From Octopus bimaculoides (Eukaryota): a DNA stretch of 64,000 nt. The stretch lies in assembly GCF_001194135.2 (NCBI RefSeq), contig NC_068986.1, positions 5,277,416 to 5,341,415 on the forward strand, written 5' to 3'. The translations under genes were made by a program, and so were the position numbers. Below, in pieces: positions 49,320 through 61,128 of the stretch (within the stretch, counting starts at the first letter, position 1; the number at the start of each line of letters is the position of its first letter). Below the pieces are notes generated by a model. It was not told where the DNA came from and did not search any database. It was given only the letters and a program-made list of their open reading frames with translations.

Positions 49320-51145
49320 TTAACACAGCTGTTTCAATAAAATAGTAAGGATCACATTTCAAGATGTGAAAGCTGACAGGTTACTACTAGAACTCAAATC
49401 AAGCAATAGAAGAGAACATATTATAAGCATAGCAAATCCTAAGAGCAAACAGTTGGACCTGACAGCTTGGTGAAATGTCTACCATCTTGTCGAGTTTTAA
49501 ACAGTTAGGTGGACATACTCAATAACTTTGATTACTTCAAATAATTTTAGTTTATAAGGTCAGATTGACTCTTACTTAATTAAATTTCTGGTTGTGCGTT
49601 AAGAAACTTGTTTCCAAACCACAGGGTTCCAGGTTCAGTCCCACTGCATGATACATTGGGCTAGTGTCTCCTGCCACAGCTTCAGGCCAACCAAAGTCTT
49701 GTGAAAAGATTTGATAGACAGAAACCAAAAGAAGCCCGTTGTATATATGTGTGCAGACTTTATTTTCAGTTCAGTTGTATTGGCTTTCAATGTGATTCCC
49801 AACACAATCTTCACATTCTACAACAGTATCTTTTTGAATGCTGAATTATACACCAACTTGAAACAATATTTGGTTGAATACTTCACTATTTGAGTGCCTC
49901 TTTCATCTTTAGCATATCTTACTCTAAAATTATTTTCAAGCTCCAATCATTTCTGTTTAGTTGCAAAAGTGAAAAAAAGCGGAATTATTTTGGTGAAGAT
50001 CGAAACCATCCAAAAACGAACCTTTCATGTATGGTGAGAAACTTACTAGCACGTAATCATTACTGATTGTGAATGAAGAAAAAAAAAGGTTTATGCTTGA
50101 GACGTTATCTTCACAAACATGAGGTCCCGAGTTCGATCCCACTGCATGACATCTTGGTCACATGTCTTGTTCTCAGTCTAGGGTCGACCCAAACATGGTG
50201 AATGACAACCCATAGGCCCAAACTGAATGAAAACTCATGAGATTGCAAATGTAATTCAAAGGGGTCAGCCTTGTCACGCTGACTCTGCTTGAGGATTGTG
50301 CTAATGGTACAACTGTTTATGGTATACTCTGCCACTTACATTACAATTCTGTGATTAGGTGTTTCCACTGGTGGAACAGAAGGAATACGTATCAAATGAA
50401 AAATGGACACACAGAAATGTAGATTTGAAGTGAGCTTTATCACCCGTCCTTCTGTGCGTCGTCTTTTACCCGCCTACCATCTTTTGTTTTCTAGCTGACA
50501 GAAAAATCTAATTGAAATCGATAATTAAATCTTCGTAAAGTAGGTGTTTCTAAGCACCGATAACTTGAGATTCTATTATACGTTGGAGGATATAAACAGC
50601 AGCAGGGAACATTTAGGTAGTGTTAAAGCATCAGAAAAAAGATATTTAGCTTTACATTTTACGTTCTGAGGTCAACTTGGCATTTCAACCTTCGGGGGGA
50701 GGGGTCGATAAAACAGTCGGTATTCATCGGTATTGGTCTAGAGATCGCCGGTTTGAGGAGACGACGTCATTCACCCTCTACTTCAGCCTAGCCTCTTTAT
50801 CTGTCATGGAAGAATGATGAGTGGGTGAATGACGTCGCGTACCAATATCGAAGAATTACCAATTAATTAATACATAGTCCATTTAATATTCCTGTAATAC
50901 ATTCCTGGTGTTAATGGAATTATATTAATATATAGCAACAGACAAGGTTGACTTGGAACAGTAAACACAGTATTCTAGAGAGTTGAAATCTAAGGGAGGT
51001 TACTCTAAACGTTTGCCTACAAACACAGTTCGCACATGCCGATGTAAATACAACACCACTGTAAATATATTTTCTATAAAGTATTTTTAAAATACACCAT
51101 CTTTGGAATGAGTGTTTGAAATCACAAAAAATAGATGAAATCAAA

Positions 51146-51197
51146 ATGCTAATTGAAGCAGTACTGGATGACGTTTACGATAAATTCGTTGAAGTTG
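51146..51197 (+). CDS. ADAT3: ADAT3 probable first coding exon (MLIEAVLDDVYDKFVEV)
   Basis: ATG at 51146 with in-frame stop at 51077; strong GTGAGT donor at 51198; phase 1 matches the next exon. Resembles the 'PVLS...VEL' start of ADAT3. An additional upstream coding exon cannot be excluded. Confidence 0.65.
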
Positions 51198-53169
51198 GTG
51201 AGTGATGTTTACTGTTGATTTTGATAATGTTATTGAATGAAAATTAATTCCTTTGGAGCGATCCAGATTTCCTGTATAATATTTACCCTTAGTGAACACA
51301 TCAATCGACTATGAAACGTCCTCATATCCATTCTTTGTTATTTATGAAGTGATGCAATTTGACTTTAGCTATAAACCACGTGGTTAAAATTCAGTTTCTC
51401 TCTTTCACAACGTAAATAAGCTCTAGGACTCGTGAGGCCTCTTACCCGGTTCCCATGTTGTTTATGTAACTGAGATCATAACATTTTCCTGGTCCATTGC
51501 AAGGTTCAAGGCCAGCGATTTTTGAGGGGAGGAGGCAAGTCAATTACAATGACCCCAGTACTTGATAGGCATTTATTTTAATTTATCAACTCCGAAGGGA
51601 TGAACAGCAAAGTTGACCTGAGCGATATTCGAACTCAGAACGTAAAGGGCCAGAAGAAATACCGCTAAGCACTTTATCCGACATGCTAACGATTCTACAA
51701 GCTCGCCGCCTGAATAATATCTACGAGATATTTATAAACTCTTTTGGAGGTGATGTGTTGTACATAAGGTTAACACACGGTTTACCGTAGTGAAAATGCG
51801 AAAGTAAATTGTTCTAAAAAATGAATATAAATTGCGATAGAAACCGGGGTCTAACGACAGTGACGTCCCGTTATTTCATATACCTAATGGGTATTCCTTC
51901 GATATGACTCGACAAAATCAAAACACTCCAATTCGGCTGTTTCCGTGAAAAGCACGTGCCTTGTCTTGTCAACTTTCAGTTGACGAAATAGGAGGAGAAG
52001 AAAGCTAATGGGTTGTACGTACCTGCTTGTTCCTCTCTGTGTGTGTGTCGCACGCGCTTGCTCTTGTCTGTGTGTGTGCGTGCGTGCGTGCGTTTCGGTA
52101 TTATTTGATCCTTTGACCCGCACGATTTTCACTAAGATAAAATTAAAAAAAAAAAACTCGAATTTTTCGTGTGGAATCAAGTACCCTGACCTCCTAATGC
52201 TGAAAACCCCTTATTTTTGTTCGGAAAAAAAAATATCCCGGAATCATTGGAATTTTTTTTTTTAATGAATTCCGGTGCTGCAAAACCCTTTTTGGCTTCC
52301 GTAAAACGGGATGGGGTGGAGTGGACTCCTCGGAAATTTCACCCCAATCCCAATTTTCAAATATTTTTTGTTATTTCTTTCTTTACCCATAATTTTAGAT
52401 AANNNNNNNNNNNNNNNNNNNNNNNNNNNNNNNNNNNNNNNNNNNNNNNNNNNNNNNNNNNNNNNNNNNNNNNNNNNNNNNNNNNNNNNNNNNNNNNNNN
52501 NNNNNNNNNNNNNNNNNNNNNNNNNNNNNNNNNNNNNNNNNNNNNNNNNNNNNNNNNNNNNNNNNNNNNNNNNNNNNNNNNNNNNNNNNNNNNNNNNNNN
52601 NNNNNNNNNNNNNNNNNNNNNNNNNNNNNNNNNNNNNNNNNNNNNNNNNNNNNNNNNNNNNNNNNNNNNNNNNNNNNNNNNNNNNNNNNNNNNNNNNNNN
52701 NNNNNNNNNNNNNNNNNNNNNNNNNNNNNNNNNNNNNNNNNNNNNNNNNNNNNNNNNNNNNNNNNNNNNNNNNNNNNNNNNNNNNNNNNNNNNNNNNNNN
52801 NNNNNNNNNNNNNNNNNNNNNNNNNNNNNNNNNNNNNNNNNNNNNNNNNNNNNNNNNNNNNNNNNNNNNNNNNNNNNNNNNNNNNNNNNNNNNNNNNNNN
52901 NNNNNNNNNNNNNNNNNNNNNNNNNNNNNNNNNNNNNNNNNNNNNNNNNNNNNNNNNNNNNNNNNNNNNNNNNNNNNNNNNNNNNNNNNNNNNNNNNNNN
53001 NNNNNNNNNNNNNNNNNNNNNNNNNNNNNNNNNNNNNNNNNNNNNNNNNNNNNNNNNNNNNNNNNNNNNNNNNNNNNNNNNNNNNNNNNNNNNNNNNNNN
53101 NNNNNNNNNNNNNNNNNNNNNNNNNNNNNNNNNNNNNNNNNNNNNNNNNNNNNNNNNNNNNNNNNNNNN

Positions 53170-53283
53170 GATATACATTATTTACATTTGACGGATATTC
53201 GTCCTCATCTTGTTTGTTGTTAACACAACGTTTCGGCTGATATACCCTCTTGGGGAAATTTCGAACCTGGGTTCTCATTCCTC
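53170..53283 (-). mobile_element. Fragment of a Penelope-type terminal repeat or SINE tail carrying a half hammerhead core
   Basis: Minus strand ...CCCCAAG AGGGTATATCAGCCGAAACGTTGTGTTAAC...; the CCGAAACGT motif is typical of Penelope-associated hammerheads. Family assignment is from recall. Confidence 0.55.
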
Positions 53284-53430
53284 GAGCACGGGTCAGTCGG
53301 TCCTAAGAAGCGGGCGAAAGCTTCCACGAAAGGCGCCGGATCCGTCACGAAAGCGAACGCAGTAGTAGCAGCGGCCGGCCTCGCATCGAAAGAGAATCGG
53401 GTTAATATTCCCGAACCCGAACTCGGAGAG
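53284..53430 (+). rRNA. Isolated 28S rRNA fragment (D7 region; pseudogenic) in ADAT3 intron 1
   Basis: GAGCACGGGTCAGTCGGTCCTAAG...CGAAAGAGAATCGGGTTAATATTCCCGAACC matches conserved LSU helices flanking the D7a expansion segment; no other rDNA nearby. Confidence 0.85.
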
Positions 53431-54674
53431 GTGCCTGTGACCGTGACATTATGACGGAGTTCTATATAGGCTTTTATGAAATTTTGGTGTCACTGTCGTC
53501 AATTCCGTATTCTATCGTCCCTTTTTGACGACGTTATGTGTCAGTACGTAAGATATTCTATTTCTCTATAAATTATGTAATACAGCAGTAACCTTTCCAT
53601 CTTTAGTTTAGGCAGAATATATCAATGCATAGTACTATATTATCCAACAAGTCCCCCCCCCCTTTTTTAAAAAGTTTAATACGCCCTTCCCGTCTCAAAC
53701 GAGAAAACCATAATTTGAACATCAATCAGACGATAAAGTATTTGTCACCGACCACACCATGTACCTTATACAACTCCTCGCTGCTTGTGAGTGTGTTGTT
53801 CGGTCCTTAACTAAAAAAAAAGATAGTTCTACCTGTGTATCTCATAACTGCTCAATCACGGCTGACCTAAGTAAGCAACAACTTGCAGTTCTCAGCCATG
53901 AAAAAGCAGGAAATATCTGGAGGACGAAATCTGTACACCGCACACAAACGTTTTAGTAGCTATCTGCATAATGTAGGGGCTGATTAACATTGACAACTAA
54001 TGACGAGTCAGCAATGGTACCCCTACGTGGTCGCTCGATCTATTAAAATATCAGCCAGGTATCTCTCAAAGCAGCCAAAATATCATGTCATAGTTGAAGC
54101 ATCTTTAATTCTGCTTATTCAGTGTGTTCCGGGACAAAACAGAGACTAGATGTAAGGGAGATAAATCACTGACAAAATAGGTGACTACAATAATCTCCTC
54201 CCCCCTCTCTCTCTGAGTTGAAGAGTTTGAACCCGAAGCGTTAGCTTCTTCATAAGAATTGAACTTATCAAATTTTATATCGATTAATTTTTACTGACAC
54301 CGACTTTTGAAATATTTTTTTCTAGTTCTTAAATAATTACCTGAAATAATTGTCTCAAAATTAGAAAAAAAAAGTAGTAATTACAACGTGGAAGACATGT
54401 ATTAGCTATTCACCAACAATAAAACTGTTAACTTCACTTAATCACTTACTTGGTGTCAAAATTTCCTCACACGATCTGCGACCTCGTCACTGACACAGTT
54501 TAACAGTTGCATAGTTTTTGTGTTTTTGAATGGCTGATATGTATCTTTCATGTTGTAATTCCTTTAGTTTCGACACCCGTCTCTGATCATATTATTTAGT
54601 AGATAAGTACAATTCCGAAATTTAAAAACGTAAAGCCCCGCTGCGCGGAATCTTGCGGAATTCTGCGTTAATCA

Positions 54675-55060
54675 CCTCATATTTTGAGGAATTTTCAGAA
54701 AATATTTGCTAATTTGTATTCCACACACGAGAATTCGTACGACTATGAAACAAAAGTATTGTTTTTTTAATCTTTCAAATTAATTGTTTTTTAAATCAGA
54801 GTTTAAAATACAGACAGTCCGAATTTTTTGCTTAAATCCCAGGTATAGACCATTAAATATGTTTTTGAGGAGAAAGATATGGAAAAACAAACGAGGGTGT
54901 CAGGTGGTCGTGAGATGTGCTTAAAATAACACCTACATAGCCCTTAAATCACACATTTTTTTTTGCTTTGTTTTTGCATAATCGTATGAATTCCTGTGTG
55001 TAGATCACAAATTCGCAAAAATTTTCTGAAAATTCCAAAAACTAAAAACTATTATGAGGG
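54675..55060. mobile_element. Degenerate MITE with ~70-bp subterminal inverted arms, probably piggyBac-type
   Basis: GGAATTTTCAGAAAATATTTGCTAATTTGTATTCCACACAC.AGAATTCGTACGACTATG (about 54687-54760) is matched in reverse at about 54964-55036; termini CCTCATA / TATGAGGG with TTAA-like flanks. Confidence 0.7.
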
Positions 55061-56725
55061 TTATATGGACTGCTTGAAGCAGAATTCCACCTGATTTATT
55101 GTTCATCACAGACATTAAATCAATTATTCTGTATCATTAGTTAAACATGGTTCAGCATGACTGTTATCTAAGATTGCATAAAAATGTTAAGTAAAATGAC
55201 TAAAATAAAGTTTTAAAAATCGTGCATCATTACTAACCCCCTACTTCATGATCAGCATGCAGTTAGACCACAGTCTTATCCACAAAAGCTGTCTACTTGT
55301 TTGGCAAAACTTCTCAGTTTTCCCTGCATTAATACTTATTTAATTGCTTCCATCCTCAAAGTTTACATAGGTCAAGATCACTGTACGTCCGTCTCTATCT
55401 CTAAATGATACTATTTCTCTCACAGGCATAAAACCTCATGTTTTCAGGGTAGTGGAATATTAGGATTGATTATATTGGTTTCAAATTTTGACACAAGGCC
55501 AGCAATTTCGGGGAAGGAATTTAGTCAATCACATCGATCTCAGTCTTCAACTGGTACTTATTTTTATTGACTCTGAAAGGATGAAAAGCAAAGTGAACTC
55601 AGAACATAAAGACGGACGAAATGCCACTAAGTCTTTTGCCCGGCATGTTAACTATTCTGCCAGCTCACCGCTTTATTAGGATTAATGGATCTGTTCAATT
55701 TGGCTCACAGATTTTTAAATTTTTTAAAAGCTAAACAGTTTGAAACTTCGTATACTGGTGGAATCCTGAGTACTTAACTGTCACTTATTTTATCAACCCT
55801 GAAAGAGTTGATAAAATAAGTGCCGGGAAGCATTTAAGTCATGGGAGATAACTCAGCTGCTATTGAAAACTTACTCAAATCCCTGTCATCTTCAGTAGTA
55901 ATCTAGAAAATCATATCCAGTACAGCTTTAGTATCTATTATTGATTGCTGGGTTGTTTGAAGGTCGGACTAAATACTTTATAGTATTTAGCAACATTGCT
56001 ATTCAATCTGAGTCTAAATGCCGTGGAGATCAACTTTGCTTTTTATTCTTCTGAGAAATAAGAATGTGTGTACTAGTTAAGAATTTATGTCGTTACTACT
56101 CTGGGGTAAATGCCCCCCAGCATTGCGTCCGTGTTAGTGTTCTTCTAACAAAATGCTGCGTGGTCCTAACTTTCAAGGCGCAGCCACTCTGTTTAAAGTT
56201 GTGTATGTATCCACTAACGTAGCTAGTGTGCCACCTTCGAACCCCACAAAAAACACATATTGCCTGTAGCAGACCCCAAAGTACCGCCCCTACCGTCCCC
56301 CTAGTACTCTAGTGTGTGTTTCATCATCATCGTTTTTTAACGTCCACTTTTCCATGTATGCATGAGTCGGACATAATTTTTTGCAATTTTCAGCTAATAT
56401 TTCTCCACGTCCAAACAAGTTTTCATGAAAAATTAGATACGAAGGACATTGATTGTATGACAATCTATCACGTAACTATCACGCAATGCTTCTACAAGAA
56501 GGCAGTAACACGCACATATTCGATGATCTCTCATTTTTCGTCTACCAAATCCACTCATTACTCTTTGGTTAGTCACGAGTTATAAGTAGAAGACACTTAC
56601 CCAAGCTGTCATGTAGTGTGGCTAAACCTGAAACCATCTGATTGTGAAGCAACTTCTTAACCACATTGCTGCGTCTATGCCCCCCCGCCTCTCTCACTCA
56701 CTCTCTCTCTCTCTCNNNNNNNNNN

Positions 56726-57985
56726 GTCGTTTAACTTCCGCTTTCCATGCTGGCATGGGTTGGACGGTTTGACTGAGGACTGGCAAGCCAGAAGGCTGTA
56801 CCAAGTCCCAGTCTGATCTGGCAAAGTTTCTACTGCTAGATGCCCTTCCTAACACCAACCACACTCAAATGGTGCTTTTTACGTGCCAACTGGCATGGTT
56901 GCCAGTCAGGCAGTACTGGCATTGGCCAAATCAATGACTTCACTTGACTCAACAGGTCTTCGCAAGCACAGTTTATTGCCCAATAATTGAAGGGTACTCT
57001 TAATTGGGCTGGTTATGCTGCACTGGTATAGGCCATGGTTAGTTTCACTTGGCTTGTCAGGTCTTCTCAAGCACAGCATATCTGCAAAGCTCTCAGTCAC
57101 TTGCTATCGTCTCCATGAGGCCCAATGTTTGAAAGTTGTGCTTTACCACCTCATCCCAGGTCTTCCTGGGCCTACCTCTTCCACAGGTTTCCTCTACTGC
57201 TAGAGTGTTACACTTTTTCACACAGCTGTCCTCATCCATACATAACACATGACCATGCCAGCGCAGACGTCTCTCTTGCACACCATATTNNNNNNNNNNA
57301 TACATAACACATGACCATGCCAGCGCAGACGTCTCTCTTGCACACCATATTTGATGCTTCTTATGTCCAACTTTTCTCTCAGGGTGCTCACACTCTGTCA
57401 TGTATGCACACTGACATTACACATCCATCGGAGCATACTAGCTTCATTTCTTGCAAGCTTATGCGTGTCCTCAGCAGTCACAGCCCATGTTTCATTGCCA
57501 TGGAGCATGGCTGTTCGCACACATGCGTCATACAGTCTACCTTTCACTCTGAGTGGCCCTTTTTTCACCAGCAGAGGTAGGAGCTCTCTGAACTTTGCTC
57601 AGGCTATTCTTATTCTAGCAGCTACACTTTCAGAGCATCCACCCCCACTACTGACTTGGTCACCTAGGTAACGGAAGTTATCAACTACTTCTAGTTTTTC
57701 TCCCTGGCATGTGACGGAAGTTGTTTTCTGCACATTTTCAGTGTTTATTGCCCCTGAGCATTTGCTGCACACAAAAACTATCTTCCCAGTTAGCCTTCCT
57801 TTGATATTGCTGCACCTCTTACATGTCCATAGCTTACACCGAGTACATCTCATAGAGTTTCTACCTACACCTTTTCTACGGATCGTGCAGGGGTTTGTGA
57901 TTTATCTGCCTTCCTACTTATTAAGACTTTGCTTTTTGCTAGATTGATTCTAAGGCCCTTCAATTCTAGACCTTGCTTCCATACC
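56726..57985 (-). mobile_element. 5'-truncated RTE LINE with contiguous 3'UTR and V-domain-like tail in ADAT3 intron 1
   Basis: WKQGLELKGLRINLAKSKVL...VVDNFRYLGDQV...RIRIA...RRLRWHGHV...GRGRPRKTW, then the 3'UTR repeats and the V-domain-like core. Confidence 0.92.
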
Positions 57986-58098
57986 TAAAACTTCTCTAGT
58001 TCTGATATAGCTTTCTGAAAAGGATGGTTTGAGTCACATTAATTTTACATTTTCACATGGTTAACATTCTTAATACTCAATAAAATCACATTTTTCAG

Positions 58099-58153
58099 TG
58101 GATGCCATTGTCTGCAGGATTTTGGACAAAAAACAAACTTGCTATATTCAACA
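58099..58153 (+). CDS. ADAT3: ADAT3 exon (VDAIVCRILDKKQTCYIQQ)
   Basis: tttttcag acceptor, GTTAAG donor; aligns by eye with the 'AYAAPVLDKRQTSRLL' segment of vertebrate ADAT3; phase 1-2 fits both neighbours. Confidence 0.8.
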
Positions 58154-59239
58154 GTTAAGTATTATTTTTTTTCTTTTTATTAATATTTTTTATGGAACTC
58201 TAAGAGGAAAATTTAAATCCAATTTTCCATGATAAGTAAATTGAAATTGTTTTGATTAACCAGGATAAAAGATAGATCAGTACTCTTTTTTTCTAGTTCT
58301 CAGTCCCAAACTGGTGAAATTTACATGGTTGCTATTCAGCGTGAATCTCTGTAGGTCACTCTAGCTAAGGTGGAAATTTTAGAGAGCTTCAACAATGAGA
58401 AAAATTAAAAGTATTATTTATATTTCATTTTAGTCATCTGAGTAAAGGTACATGGCCTAATGGATAGGGTTTTAGCCTCCTGGTCATAGCAACATGGGTT
58501 CAATTCCTGACCTGAGCAGTGCATTGTGTCCTTGAGCAAAGCACTTTTTTTTCACATCACTCCAGTCTACTCAGCTGTAATGAGTACCAGCTAGTGTAGC
58601 CCTCCCTTCAGCTATCACATCGTGGATGTTCTGCTGGGTGAAGAACCCAAGAAAATGTGTATGTTAGCTTGAGACTACATTAACACCTAAAACAATTAAC
58701 AAAAGCATGGTACATGTTACCAAACCATACTCACATGCAACTTATGACTGGTTGTACTTTTTAGTCATGTATAGTTTTGTTAGTTGTCCACTCTGCTGGG
58801 TAGTTGGTGTTAGGGAGGGCATGCAGTTGTAAAAACTGGACCAAAACACACACAAGTCTGGTGCAGGCTCCTGTCTGGCCAACTACTGTCAAATCATCCA
58901 ACCCATGCCAGCATGGAAGGTGGACGTTAAACAATGATGATAATGATAATAGTTTTTTTTTTACTAGTGAAGGCACATAACCTAAAGGTTAGTGTGGTGG
59001 ATTCACAATTGTAAGGATGTGATTTTGATCTCTAGACCAGGTAGTCCATTGTGTTCTTGAGTAAAACACTTCATTTTATATTACTTCAATTCTCTCAGCT
59101 GAAAATGAGTACCAGTAACAGCTGGGAGTTAACCTTATGATGGTCTGGCATCCCATTTTGACAGGTCTAAGATACGATTTATAACTTGTTAAAATCAACT
59201 GTACCAAAATGAAATAAGTATGTTCTCTTCTTTCTGCAG

Positions 59240-59313
59240 AATACTTCAGTCTTCCCATCCATTTGATGGTCTTCAACACCTTAAGAGAGTAAAATGCTGT
59301 AAAACGCAAGAAG
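59240..59313 (+). CDS. ADAT3: ADAT3 exon (ILQSSHPFDGLQHLKRVKCCKTQE)
   Basis: ttctgcag acceptor, GTAAAG donor; the HLKRV motif is conserved in ADAT3/Tad3 N-terminal domains. Confidence 0.88.
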
Positions 59314-60902
59314 GTAAAGATTAGTTTATTTTCAGTATTATTTGTATGTTTTTGGGGTTTTTTTTTTTTTTTGAGATTTATTACTTTCGTTACTATTTAT
59401 AAAACTGGTTCATTATAATCACTGTTTAACGTTCACTTTTCAACACTTGCATGGTACAGATAGAATTTGTTGAGATAGGAGATAGATTTTCTATTTCTGG
59501 ATGCCCTTCCTGTCACAAACACTCACCTGTTTCCAAGCAAGGTAATATTTCCCTATGGCCAGACATGTTTTTCATGCAAGACTGAAAATTAACAATCTTG
59601 TTTGTATGACAGTGATGCTTTTTGACAACCATCACATGATGTCCAGATAAGGATACACACAAACACATACACATGCATGCATACATACAGAAATATATAC
59701 ATACATCTCATTTGTACCTATCATCATAGGTACATTAGGTTATGTACCAACAAATTTGCACAAAAACCTAGAAATACTTGTTTTCACAGAGAAACAACAA
59801 AAGAAACTGACACAGATTCTCCAAATCCAATCTATTAGTGGCACAGTGAAGATTTGTTAGCCATTCTAAAGATTTTCCATCTGAAAATTTTCCATTCTTA
59901 TGTGAATAGATGCACACACTTGGGTGTATGCACTGACAGTTCAACCAACACACTAATTCAACTGCATACTTACAAACACCAGGAACTCTCGTAACTCCAA
60001 AAGTCTTGTCACTTTGTTAGTGACTGTCTTCTACTCTCTTAACAACTTGATTAAAACTCAAATAAAAATCACATACACATACATACAGCTTTCAGTTTTG
60101 CCTATCAAATCCACTCACAAGACTTTGCTCAGCCCAGGACTATAGTAGAAGACACTTGCCCAAGGTGCTGTGCAGTGAGCCAAACCACTGTGTGACAGCC
60201 CAGCAGAAAATCCATGAGTAGTAAATATTCAGTTTCATAGTTAGAAGCTGTATTGAAAGGAATTAACTGAATAAAATATATGTTTGGCAAAGTGATTAGT
60301 GAATGAACAGAGAAAGCATGAGGTAGAGAAAGCCAGTTAGTCTTGTTTTAGTGCTGGTGCCACAATAAAATGCACTCAGTGCACTCTGTAAAGTGGTTAG
60401 TGATAGAAGGGCATCCAAATATAGGGTAAACCAAAATAAAACATACCGACAAGATGTCCTGTAGCATATCTGGGAGGGCAGTAGCTCACAATGAAAATAA
60501 ACACCCTACAATGAACTGTCCTGTCCAAGGAAAACAGATATACAATAAAATGATGTTTCTCTTTATCATTTGCTAAATTAATGAATAAAATGAATTGGAT
60601 CTGTATATCTTCTTTTTTGAATTATTTATTTTAAATTTTTGTAAGTTATCGTTAATATTAAATTTGTTTAAGGTGACAGCTGGCAGAATCATTAGCACAC
60701 TGGGCAAAATGCTTAGCAGCATTTTAAATTCCTCCAGGGTCGATTTTACCTTTTATTCCTTTAGGGTCAATTTAAATAAGTACCAGTTGAACATTGAGGT
60801 CAATGTAATCAACTTATCTCCTCCCCAAAATTGCTGGCCTTGTGCCAAAATTTGAAACCAATATTAAATTTGTTTATATAAAATATTTGTCTTTATATGT
60901 AG

Positions 60903-61128
60903 GCTCAGTTTTGCAAACCATTATATGCCTCAAATCACAATTACCAGAAGAAGTAACTAAAAACCACTTGACTCTGGAAGATTTGTTCGGAAAGGATTCA
61001 GCACCAGAAATGGCATGTCTACTCGGGAAACCTTGTGTAGTTCAAGTTCCTGTTTCAGCGCCTCATACTAGAAAGCAGTTTGAAGAAGCTTCAGTATATT
61101 GGCCTGTTCATTTCCATGAAGACAAAAG
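60903..61128 (+). CDS. ADAT3: ADAT3 exon (GSVLQTIICLK...VPVSAPHTRKQFEEASVYWPVHFHEDK); deaminase-fold exons lie beyond the window
   Basis: atgtag acceptor, GTAAGC donor; VP..AP.TR.QFEEA..YWP..FHEDK is the diagnostic ADAT3/Tad3 motif. Confidence 0.92.

Noticed and set aside
52200-52402. Odd sequence with many homopolymer runs before the large gap
   Set aside because: Looks like a low-quality contig end; no reliable feature can be called.
57239-57350. 51-bp exact duplication on either side of a short N run
   Set aside because: Classic contig-overlap artefact at a scaffold gap inside the RTE copy.
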